Positions 6,703 to 14,801 of a stretch of DNA of 33,170 bases are shown here, piece by piece. The position numbers and the translations under genes were made by a program. The stretch covers positions 1-33,170 of the forward strand of contig PEXD01000077.1 in NCBI GenBank assembly GCA_002779235.1, read 5' to 3'. The DNA comes from Candidatus Woesearchaeota archaeon CG07_land_8_20_14_0_80_44_23. Lineage in GTDB: Archaea; Nanobdellota; Nanobdellia; Woesearchaeales; 0-14-0-80-44-23. Below the pieces are notes generated by a model that was given only the letters and a program-made list of their open reading frames with translations, made no database searches and was not told the DNA's origin. The stretch's first letter is position 1. Every line of letters begins with the position of its first letter.

Positions 6703-8202
6703 ATGAAGCACAGCAACAAAAAAAAGAAAATAACGAAACATGCTGAAACCAAGAAAAAGAGAATAGCAATACTTCCAATAATTTACACAATAGTTGTCCT
6801 GCTCTTCATGTTTGCGGTTTTTCATGCATACAGGAATGCCTTCACGGGCGGGCTGCCTGCCGGAAGCGAGGGATATTATCATGAGCGCATGGCCAAGGCA
6901 ATAAATGAGAAGGGCATACTCTCATATGATTCCCTGAGCTTTTCCGGAAGGACTTACATATTCAGCGCCTATGACTATTTGCTGGCGCTGGCGGGAAAAG
7001 TGACAGGAGTCAGGGCTGCCTCAATCTGGATTCCCCTGGCAATGGCGATAATCTCAGTGTTTGCCTTCTACGGCATAATGCGCAAGTCAGGCATGAAGGA
7101 GAGCAGCATCAACATCGCCCTGCTTATACTCGCTGCAACACCTGCCTTCGCCTATTCTGCACTCACCTCAAACCCGCAGATAGCTGCTGCTGCATTTCTC
7201 CTCTCAGCTTTTTATTTTTACATGCGCGAGGAGAAAGCTGCAGTTGTGCTGAGCGCAATACTCTTCGGATTTGCATCGCTTTTCGGAGCGGCAGCTCTTT
7301 TGATATCGCTCTCAATTGCCGGCATATTCACAATCAAGCATCCGGAAAGGAAAAAAAGGTTTTCTGCACTGCTTGGAATATTTGCTTTAATGTCAGTTAC
7401 ATATATAATCACAATTGCAAAATTCGGGCTTTTGCCCATCTCTTTCGGGAAGAGCCTAAGCTCGATTGTGCTGGAGCTTGGGGCGCTCTCAGGGATAGGG
7501 ATATTTGAGCTGATACTCGCGGGGATTGGACTGCTTTATGCCTGGGCTTCAAAAGACAGGAACTACCTGCCAATCAGCATGACGGCGCTTTTGCTCCTGC
7601 TATTCTTATTCGGAATGAATGTAAGCGTGTATCTTGCCTTTGCATGCGCATTCTTTTCATCGCTTGCTATCAACTTTCTGGATGAAAGAAAATGGAGCCT
7701 TAACATCCTGAGAGGCGCGTCGATAATACTAATACTGTGCGGACTGCTGTTTTCGGGGCTCACATTCATGGGCAGGGCAGTCAATATGGAGCCGGATTCA
7801 GGAATCGTTGACGCGTTTTCATGGCTTTCCAATAACTATTCCGGGGGCAACGTGCTCTCAGTGCCAAAGAACGGCTTTTACACAGAATATTTCGGGATGA
7901 AGGCATTTAGCGACGACAATTTTGAATATGCGCCGAACCTCGAGCAGAGGCTCAACGCCTCGCAGCAGATATTTTACTCAAGGGACCTTGATAAAACAAT
8001 GGCAGAGCTGGCAAAAAACAACATAACATATATAGTGATAACCCCTGAGATGAAGAACGGGCTTGTGTGGAGAAAGGAGCAGGAGGGGCTGCTCTTTCTC
8101 CTGAGAAACAATGAAACATTCAAGAATGTTCATTTGGAAAGCACACAGGCCGGAAGTATTGAGATCTGGAATGTTGTGCCCCAGGTCCAAACCGCGGGTT
8201 AG
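6703..8202 (+). CDS. GT-C-fold integral membrane glycosyltransferase, paralog 2
   Basis: 499 aa, polytopic. Motifs GSEGYYHERMAKAI and LSFSGRTYIF. The C-terminal domain (GGNVLSVPKNGFYTEYF...NNITYIVITPEM) is collinear with the previous ORF. Starts 4 nt after its stop. Confidence 0.6.
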   Translation: MKHSNKKKKITKHAETKKKRIAILPIIYTIVVLLFMFAVFHAYRNAFTGGLPAGSEGYYHERMAKAINEKGILSYDSLSFSGRTYIFSAYDYLLALAGKVTGVRAASIWIPLAMAIISVFAFYGIMRKSGMKESSINIALLILAATPAFAYSALTSNPQIAAAAFLLSAFYFYMREEKAAVVLSAILFGFASLFGAAALLISLSIAGIFTIKHPERKKRFSALLGIFALMSVTYIITIAKFGLLPISFGKSLSSIVLELGALSGIGIFELILAGIGLLYAWASKDRNYLPISMTALLLLLFLFGMNVSVYLAFACAFFSSLAINFLDERKWSLNILRGASIILILCGLLFSGLTFMGRAVNMEPDSGIVDAFSWLSNNYSGGNVLSVPKNGFYTEYFGMKAFSDDNFEYAPNLEQRLNASQQIFYSRDLDKTMAELAKNNITYIVITPEMKNGLVWRKEQEGLLFLLRNNETFKNVHLESTQAGSIEIWNVVPQVQTAG

Positions 8203-8205
8203 ATT

Positions 8206-9456
8206 ATGAGCGCTGTTGATGTCATAACATGGATAATTTTTATCATCACCATATACTTCGCATTCTTCTGGCTCATAACATTCCTGGGAATGGGCCAGGA
8301 AAAGAAGAGGAAGGCGCTTAAGAAGTTTCCCCTTGTAAGCGTGGTAATACCCGCGTTCAATGAAGAGGAAACAATAACCGGGACAATGAAGTCAGTGGTG
8401 GAGCTGGACTACCCAAAAAACAAGATACAAATAATAGTTGTAAATGACGGGAGCACTGACTCGACAGAAAAAAAAGTAAAGGATTTCATAAAGAAGCATC
8501 CCGGCAGGAAGATAATGCTGATAAGCCAGAAAAACAGCGGGAAATGGGTGTGCATGAATGCCGGGCTTTCAGTTGCAAAGGGCGAATTCTTTGCCTGCCT
8601 TGACGCCGATTCTTTTGTTGAGAGGGAAACCCTCAAGAGGATGCTTCCCCGCTTTGTCGGAAGGACTGCTATCGTGCTTCCAATAATGAAGGTGAAAAAT
8701 CCAGAGAACATGCTCCAGAAGGTGCAATGGTATGAATATATTGTCAATATGTTCTACAAGAAGATTGCTGCCTACATAAACTGCGTGCATGTTGCTCCTG
8801 GCCCCTTCTCGCTGTACAGGACTTCTGTGCTGAGAAAGGTCGGCGGCTTCTGTTACGGATATGCCACAGAGGACCTGGAGATTGCGATGCGCCTTCAGAA
8901 GCACAATTACAGGATTGTCCAGACAATGGATGCAGAGGTCTACACAATAGCTCCTGACAACATGAGAGAGCTCTACAAGCAGAGGGTGCGCTGGAACAAG
9001 GGCTCCCTGCTGAATGCAATAAGCTACAGGGAGATGCTCTTCAACAGGGCTTACGGCGACTTTGCCATGATACAGATGCCCCTTGTGATTGCAGCTGGCT
9101 TCATATCTGCTGTCCTTATTGTGATATTCCTGTATTACGGCCTGCTGAAGCCCCTTTACAACCTGGCAAAAAAGGTGGTGCTGGTCCGCTTTGATATAAT
9201 GACGCTGATAATGAATATCCAGATAAACTCGAACATCCTTGATGCAGATTTCTACCGGCTTGTGATTGCGGTTTTCACCCTGGTCATTACAATCACCATA
9301 TTTGTAGCTGCCCACAGGCACAGCAAGGAGAAAATAGTTAAATACGGATTTTTTCCACTTCTCATTTACCTGTTCGTTTATTATATAGCGCTCGGCCTGA
9401 TATGGCTGGCAATACTCAAGGATTTGGCAATAAAGAAGTCGAGGATGAGATGGTAA
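8206..9456 (+). CDS. Family-2 glycosyltransferase of the processive membrane synthase type (NodC/PgaC/CesA-like)
   Basis: N-terminal TM. Motifs VSVVIPAFNEEETI, VVNDGSTD, LDADS (DxD), ATEDLE (TED) and QRVRWNKG (Q-x-x-RW). About four C-terminal TM spans follow. Confidence 0.85.
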   Translation: MSAVDVITWIIFIITIYFAFFWLITFLGMGQEKKRKALKKFPLVSVVIPAFNEEETITGTMKSVVELDYPKNKIQIIVVNDGSTDSTEKKVKDFIKKHPGRKIMLISQKNSGKWVCMNAGLSVAKGEFFACLDADSFVERETLKRMLPRFVGRTAIVLPIMKVKNPENMLQKVQWYEYIVNMFYKKIAAYINCVHVAPGPFSLYRTSVLRKVGGFCYGYATEDLEIAMRLQKHNYRIVQTMDAEVYTIAPDNMRELYKQRVRWNKGSLLNAISYREMLFNRAYGDFAMIQMPLVIAAGFISAVLIVIFLYYGLLKPLYNLAKKVVLVRFDIMTLIMNIQINSNILDADFYRLVIAVFTLVITITIFVAAHRHSKEKIVKYGFFPLLIYLFVYYIALGLIWLAILKDLAIKKSRMRW

Positions 9457-10145
9457 GAAAGCTGGAAAAGAGCAGATATTGGATGGCTGCAGTTTTCACT
9501 GCGATGATATTCGCATTCGGGCTTAGCGTAGGAATGCTGGCTGAGCAGCAGAGGACAAAATATGTTACCGAGCAGTACCAGGAGCAGAGCAACGAGTATG
9601 AGAGCCTGCAGCTGCAGTATGCCTACCTGACATCGCTTTCAGCTGAAAGGGAGAACTGCCCGGCGCTTCAGTACTCGCTCAATATTTACATACAGCACCT
9701 TGAAGACACCAGGCTGAAGCTTGAGAATTACCATGAGTCATCATCTCAAATCAACAAGGCTGAGTTTGACACCCTAAAACGGCAGTACATTCTTGCAGAG
9801 ATAAAAGCGTGGATGTTCACACAAAAAGTCCAGGAGTCATGCAACGAGACAGATATTGTGACCATCCTTAACTTTCATTCAAAGGACTGCGAAAGGTGCG
9901 ATGATGAGGGAATGATTCTTTCATACTTCAAGGATATCTTCAAAGACAAGCTGATGATATTCTCAATTGACATGGACTACACCAATGAGCCCATGGTGAC
10001 ACTGCTGAAAAAGACGTACGAAGTGGAAAATTATCCCACGCTGATTATTGACAGCCAGAAAATTGCGGGATTCATCGGAACAGATGACCTCAAAAATGTG
10101 CTGTGCGCACACTACCAGAATGAGAGCTACTGCGAGCAGAAATAA
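9450..10145 (+). CDS. Membrane-anchored thioredoxin-like (CxxC) protein with a coiled-coil linker
   Basis: ATG 9450 overlaps the GT2 stop by 7 nt. TM span YWMAAVFTAMIFAFGLSVGML. Q/E-rich helix. Trx-like pattern ILNFHSKDCERCDDEG...IFSIDMD...YEVENYPTLIID. Confidence 0.55.
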   Translation: MVRKLEKSRYWMAAVFTAMIFAFGLSVGMLAEQQRTKYVTEQYQEQSNEYESLQLQYAYLTSLSAERENCPALQYSLNIYIQHLEDTRLKLENYHESSSQINKAEFDTLKRQYILAEIKAWMFTQKVQESCNETDIVTILNFHSKDCERCDDEGMILSYFKDIFKDKLMIFSIDMDYTNEPMVTLLKKTYEVENYPTLIIDSQKIAGFIGTDDLKNVLCAHYQNESYCEQK

Positions 10146-11517
10146 GGGAAGGGAGAGCGCTCTTCCCATCCTGGCAATAATTTTCTTGGCGACAGCTGCA
10201 CAGCTTTTCATACTGCGAGCTTCCCCCCCATTGTGGTGGGACCAGTCAGTGTATGCCGGGATGGGAAAATTCATATTCTCTGCCGGAACTAAAGGAATCT
10301 GGGAGCCGCTCAGGCCCCCTGTGCTGCCGCTGCTCATCGGATTTTTCTGGAAAATCGGGATTGACCCTGTGCTTGCCGGGAAAATCCTGTCAACGCTTTT
10401 CAACGCAGGGGTAATAGCCCTTGCCTACTTCATAGCAAAAAAGGCATTCAATTACAGGACTGCTGTGATAGCATCATTCCTGACTGCATTCAGCCACCTC
10501 TTCCTCTTTTACAATCATATGGGGCTTTCAGAGATACCCTCTGCCTTCTTCGCACTTCTGGCAGTCCTGATGATTATTGAGAGAAAATATTTTTGGGCAG
10601 GGATGTTCTCTTCATTCTCGTTCCTTTCAAAATTTCCCGGAGGAATAATCTTTGGAAGCGCGGCAATCTTCATTGCATTTTTCCAGTCAGAAAAAATAAA
10701 AGAAAAGGCGAAAAGAATTCTGCTGCTTTCAACTGGATTTTTCATGCCTGTTGCGATTTTCCTGATTGCCAACATAATAATGTATGGAAATGCGCTGTTG
10801 CCTTTTGTTGAGGCGAATAGGGCGATAGCCAGCACTTTCCCAAAAAGCCCGTTCTGGTTCTACGCAAAGGAAATCATTGTCCAGGGGGTTGTATGCGCAT
10901 TCGCGCTCATCTATGCGGCAATTGCCGTTTTCAGGAGGGAAAGGAACAGGCAGGCCGGGCTCTTGTGGATTGCGCTTGCGCTCTTCCTTGCATATTTCTC
11001 CTGGTCTGGATACAAGGAAATGCGGTTTGCAATGCTCTTCATGCCCATTGTTTACATCTTTTCAGCAGCAGGAATTTTCGAGGCGTTCAGGAATTTTAGG
11101 AAAAGGGGTGCGCTGATGATAATTGCAGTTCTGCTGATATTCTCGATTCAGTCAGCATACCAGCTGGCGAGCTACCAGAGGCGTTGGGAGGGCGCATCTT
11201 ATGATGCCGCAATGAACAAGTTTTATGCCTCTGTTCCAGGAAAATCTGGCGAAATATGGGTTTCGAGGCCCCAGTTCTCAGAATACACAGATGCCAGGCT
11301 GAACCTCATATACTATCCGACGTTTGAGGAGTCATCAATAACAATACTTGAAAGAATGAAAAACGCAAGCGCAGTGTTTATTGACACATGCGACCTTTCC
11401 TGCATAACAGAAGAGTGCAAAAAGAGAAATGCTGAAATGATATCTGGACTGGAAAGCTCATTCAACAAGAAAGAGGAAAACTTATCCTCGTGCAGGCTTC
11501 TTTCCTTTTCCAGGTAG
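10120..11517 (+). CDS. GT-C glycosyltransferase, ArnT/PMT (GT39/GT83, PMT_2)-like
   Basis: Start at ATG 10120 (the ORF track's 10048 overlaps the Trx-like gene extensively). N-terminal TM, then a loop-1 motif PPLWWDQSVYAGMG. More than 10 TM spans. C-terminal soluble domain. Confidence 0.7.
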   Translation: MRATASRNKGRESALPILAIIFLATAAQLFILRASPPLWWDQSVYAGMGKFIFSAGTKGIWEPLRPPVLPLLIGFFWKIGIDPVLAGKILSTLFNAGVIALAYFIAKKAFNYRTAVIASFLTAFSHLFLFYNHMGLSEIPSAFFALLAVLMIIERKYFWAGMFSSFSFLSKFPGGIIFGSAAIFIAFFQSEKIKEKAKRILLLSTGFFMPVAIFLIANIIMYGNALLPFVEANRAIASTFPKSPFWFYAKEIIVQGVVCAFALIYAAIAVFRRERNRQAGLLWIALALFLAYFSWSGYKEMRFAMLFMPIVYIFSAAGIFEAFRNFRKRGALMIIAVLLIFSIQSAYQLASYQRRWEGASYDAAMNKFYASVPGKSGEIWVSRPQFSEYTDARLNLIYYPTFEESSITILERMKNASAVFIDTCDLSCITEECKKRNAEMISGLESSFNKKEENLSSCRLLSFSR

Positions 11518-12696
11518 CCTCTTTATAATATAACAGTCCACCTGCTGCTGCCCCTGGAAGAATGTCAGGTGCTCTGCAATCGAGAAACCATAGGATTCTG
11601 CAAATGACTTAAGGTCCTCGTAGTCCCTGCATGCGACGCAGATTGAGCCTCCGGTTTCCAGGAGGTAATCTGCCTGGTTGAAGAACTCCCTCATTATCTT
11701 TTTAGCGTTCTCAAACTTTCCGAAGGAGAGGTCTGAGACAATCAGGTCAATCTTCCCCCCGCCGAACCTGATATCCAGCCACTCAAGGTCGTTCCTGCTG
11801 AACAATATCTTCTTTTCAACTCCTGCAATCTTCGCGTTCTTTTTCGCATATGCAAGGTTTCTCATCTCCGGGTCTGAGGCGAATATCCTGAAATAGTCGC
11901 GCTTCTCAAGCTTTGAATCCGCGTCTTTGAAAACCTTGTCAAAATCGCCTTCTGGAAATCCAAACTTAAGGAATGCAAACGAGTCGCGCCTGAAAAAGTT
12001 GACAGGGAACCTCGAGAAGAAAAGTGCCGCCTCTATTGAGATTACCCCTGACCTGCAGAACGGGTTTAGTATGCTTATATCACCGGTCTTTGCCGACGCC
12101 TCAAATCCTGACCTGAAAATCGCGTATGCTATTGTTCCCTTGAATGCACCGGGATGGTTGAAAACCTTGTATTCGCGCTTGCTGAGGTCAAAGCCGGAAA
12201 GGTCCAAGCCCACGTGGCAGTCAGAGTCCCTTGCATATGCATATATAATATAAAGGGGGCTCTTGAAATCCACAAAAGCCCCTGTTTTAGCAATTATTAC
12301 AGATGCAATTGCCCTTGCAAGGTCAACACTTGAGTATTCATGGGCCCCAATCCTTTCGCATTCTACAACAAATGGCTTTCCTTTCACGAAATCAAAGTTC
12401 AGCCCTGAAAGCGCATTTTTCACCGACTCTTCAGTTTCATCAAGCCTGAGAGAGATTGGAAACTTTGAGAAGAGAAGGGCGCACCTCTTTATTGACTGGG
12501 CAGAATAGCACAGCTCAACTGCAGATTTGTACTGCGTCTTAAATATTGATACAGAATCATCTGAAACTGCTTCAGAATTGGTTAATTCAAAAATCTCATT
12601 TTTGGAAATCTGCCCGAGACCCCTGTCAGAGACCGTGAAGAACATGGCTTCTGATGAGAGCGACTTTATTTCTGAAACAGGGTTATTTGCTTCCAT
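11482..12696 (-). CDS. THUMP-domain RNA methyltransferase-like protein (Trm14/UPF0020 class) with degenerate SAM and catalytic motifs
   Basis: THUMP pattern FVVECERIGAHEYSSVDLARAI...VDFKSPLYIIYAY...VGLDLSGFDLSKREYK. Rossmann-type motif I reads ILNPFCRSGVISIEAA. The motif IV position reads DLIVSDLSFG instead of (N/D)PP(Y/F). Confidence 0.75.
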   Translation of the reverse strand: MEANNPVSEIKSLSSEAMFFTVSDRGLGQISKNEIFELTNSEAVSDDSVSIFKTQYKSAVELCYSAQSIKRCALLFSKFPISLRLDETEESVKNALSGLNFDFVKGKPFVVECERIGAHEYSSVDLARAIASVIIAKTGAFVDFKSPLYIIYAYARDSDCHVGLDLSGFDLSKREYKVFNHPGAFKGTIAYAIFRSGFEASAKTGDISILNPFCRSGVISIEAALFFSRFPVNFFRRDSFAFLKFGFPEGDFDKVFKDADSKLEKRDYFRIFASDPEMRNLAYAKKNAKIAGVEKKILFSRNDLEWLDIRFGGGKIDLIVSDLSFGKFENAKKIMREFFNQADYLLETGGSICVACRDYEDLKSFAESYGFSIAEHLTFFQGQQQVDCYIIKRLPGKGKKPARG

Positions 12697-12719
12697 GAAA
12701 ATATTGATTTGATAATTGT

Positions 12720-12727
12720 TATATAAA
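12720..12727 (-). promoter_or_regulatory. Consensus TATA box (TTTATATA on the minus strand) for the THUMP gene
   Basis: Centre is about 27 nt upstream of the minus-strand ATG at 12696, as expected for a leaderless archaeal mRNA. Confidence 0.5.
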
Positions 12728-12786
12728 TATAATGAATCTGTGAATCATATTTTTAGCATTATTTTCATAAATGCTTTACAGAAAGC

Positions 12787-12794
12787 TTTATAAA
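12787..12794 (+). promoter_or_regulatory. Candidate distal BRE/TATA (GAAAGC-TTTATAAA) for the ribosomal protein operon
   Basis: Good TATA with a purine-rich BRE-like flank, 189 nt upstream of the rpl3 ATG. It would give a leader of about 160 nt that contains hairpins. Confidence 0.35.
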
Positions 12795-12949
12795 TGGGAG
12801 CGGGTTTCCCTTCACAACAAATGGTATTTAATTGACGTTAAATACAGTAACAAATTTAACTAAACGAGCCTGGAAGAAAGGGTCTTTCAGTACAATTTAG
12901 TGAAGATTTTCTGAAAAATCTTTTCTACGGGCTCAAATGCTGATTAAAA

Positions 12950-12961
12950 TTTAATTTAAAA
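12950..12961 (+). promoter_or_regulatory. Candidate proximal TATA-like box (TTTAATTTAAAA) for rpl3
   Basis: A/T box about 28 nt upstream of ATG 12983. This is the alternative (leaderless) promoter option. Confidence 0.3.
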
Positions 12962-12982
12962 AAATAAAAAAACTGATAGAAA

Positions 12983-13972
12983 ATGCCAACAAAAAGAAGC
13001 CCGCGCAAGGGTTCAATGCAGTTCTGGCCGAGGAAGAGGGCAGCAAGGCCCTATGCCAGAATAAGGAAATATTCTAATGTTAAAATGGAGTGCACCCTGC
13101 TGGGATTCGCAGGCTACAAGGCGGGAATGCTTCAGGCAGTTTTTTCAGACAATGCACCCACCTCAATGACAAAGGGCGAAGAAGTTGTAATGCCTGTGAC
13201 GATAATTGAGTGTCCGCCCTTGCGGATTGCCGCAATCAGGTTTTATTCAATTTCAAACGGCAAGGAAAGGGTGGCCAATGAGGTGCTTGTCGCCACAAAT
13301 GACAAGGACCTTGCCAGGAGGCTTTCGCTTCCAAAAGAGTCCTTCGAGAAAAAACTGGGCGAGCTCGGAAGCAAAATTTCAGAATTCTCAGATGTTCGCG
13401 CAATGGTTTACACAAAGCCAGGGCTTACAGGCATAGGAAAGAAGAAGCCTGAGGTCTTTGAGACCGGACTTTCAGGCACTGCCCAGGAAAAGCTTGACTA
13501 CTTAAAGGCAAGGATTGGAAAGGACATCAGCGTCAGCGAGATACTCTCAGACGGGCAGAACGTTGACATACATGCTGTCACAAAGGGAAAAGGCATACAG
13601 GGTCCTGTCAAGAGGTTCGGCGTAGCAATAAGGGCTCACAAGTCAGAGGCCACAAAGAGGGGCCCAGGAAGCCTTAGTGATTGGTGCTCACAGGGCAAGA
13701 TAATGTACAGGGTTGCGCATGCAGGGCAGATGGGATACCAGCTCAGGACAGAATACAACAAGCTCATACTGAAAGTTGGAAAAGAGCAGATAAGCCCTAA
13801 ATGCGGATTCCCGCACTACGGAAAGCTCAGGAATCCATACGTGCTGATAAAGGGCTCTGTCGCCGGAAGCAGGAACAGGCTGGTCAGGCTCAACTTTCCG
13901 ATAAGGGAAAAGAAAAAAACAGTTGAAGGCGCATACCAGCTCAAGAACCTGATTTTCAGCAGGAATGAATAA
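12983..13972 (+). CDS. rpl3: 50S ribosomal protein uL3
   Basis: PRKGSMQFWPRKRA..., GYKAGM, HAGQMGY motifs. First gene of the conserved operon. Confidence 0.95.
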   Translation: MPTKRSPRKGSMQFWPRKRAARPYARIRKYSNVKMECTLLGFAGYKAGMLQAVFSDNAPTSMTKGEEVVMPVTIIECPPLRIAAIRFYSISNGKERVANEVLVATNDKDLARRLSLPKESFEKKLGELGSKISEFSDVRAMVYTKPGLTGIGKKKPEVFETGLSGTAQEKLDYLKARIGKDISVSEILSDGQNVDIHAVTKGKGIQGPVKRFGVAIRAHKSEATKRGPGSLSDWCSQGKIMYRVAHAGQMGYQLRTEYNKLILKVGKEQISPKCGFPHYGKLRNPYVLIKGSVAGSRNRLVRLNFPIREKKKTVEGAYQLKNLIFSRNE

Positions 13973-13991
13973 ATTTTGTTAGAGGATCAAA

Positions 13992-14801
13992 ATGCAATTA
14001 AATGTCTTAAACCTTGAAAAGAAGGAGATAAAAAAGGCAAAGCTCCCCTCCCAGTTTGAGGAGGAAGTCAGGTCTGACCTGATACAAAGGGCAGTCCTCG
14101 CCATTGAAAGAATAAGAAGGCATGCATACGGCGCAAAGAAGGATGCAGGAATGAGGCCCTCTGCAAAGCTTTCCAGAAGGAGAAGGAACTACAAGGGAAG
14201 CTACGGGAAGGGAATCTCAAGGGTGCCCAGGAAAACACTCAGCCACAGGGGCTCAAGCTTCTCCTGGGTGGGGGCAGTTGCCCCTGGAACAGTGGGAGGA
14301 AGAAGGGCGCACCCGCCGAAGAGCGAAAGAATCTGGGAGCAGAAGATAAACACAAAAGAGAGAAAGAAGGCAATAAGGAGCGCGCTCTCGGCAACAGTAA
14401 TGCCCGATATTGTCAGGGCAAGGGGGCACATAATCCCGAAGGAATACCCGTTCATAATCTCAAATGAAATAGAGGATGCCAAAAAGGCAAAGGACGTGCT
14501 GGCAGCACTAAAAAATCTGGGCTTTTCCGACGAGCTCAAAAAGGACAGCAAAGTAACAATAAGGGCCGGAAAGGGAAAGTCGAGGGGAAGAAGATACATT
14601 ACAAAAAGAGGAATGCTGATTGTGGTCTCAAAGGAGTGCGGCCTGATTTCAGCTGCAAAGAACCTGCCCCTTGAGGTGAAAAAGGTCACTGAGATAAACG
14701 CAGACGACCTCGCGCCGGGAGCAGTTGCCGGAAGGCTCACGCTCTTTACAGAAAGCGCAATAGATGCTATTGAAAAGCTGAATCTTTTCATGCCATCATA
14801 A
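13992..14801 (+). CDS. rpl4: 50S ribosomal protein uL4
   Basis: Typical archaeal L4 motifs (YGKGISRVPR, GGRRAHPPK, RAGKGKSRGRRY) and operon position. Confidence 0.95.
   Translation: MQLNVLNLEKKEIKKAKLPSQFEEEVRSDLIQRAVLAIERIRRHAYGAKKDAGMRPSAKLSRRRRNYKGSYGKGISRVPRKTLSHRGSSFSWVGAVAPGTVGGRRAHPPKSERIWEQKINTKERKKAIRSALSATVMPDIVRARGHIIPKEYPFIISNEIEDAKKAKDVLAALKNLGFSDELKKDSKVTIRAGKGKSRGRRYITKRGMLIVVSKECGLISAAKNLPLEVKKVTEINADDLAPGAVAGRLTLFTESAIDAIEKLNLFMPS

Noticed and set aside
8569-9321. 250-aa minus-strand ORF antisense to the GT2 synthase gene
   Set aside because: The + strand frame carries the complete ordered GT2 motif set. The antisense translation has no motifs and an odd H/C/Q-rich composition.
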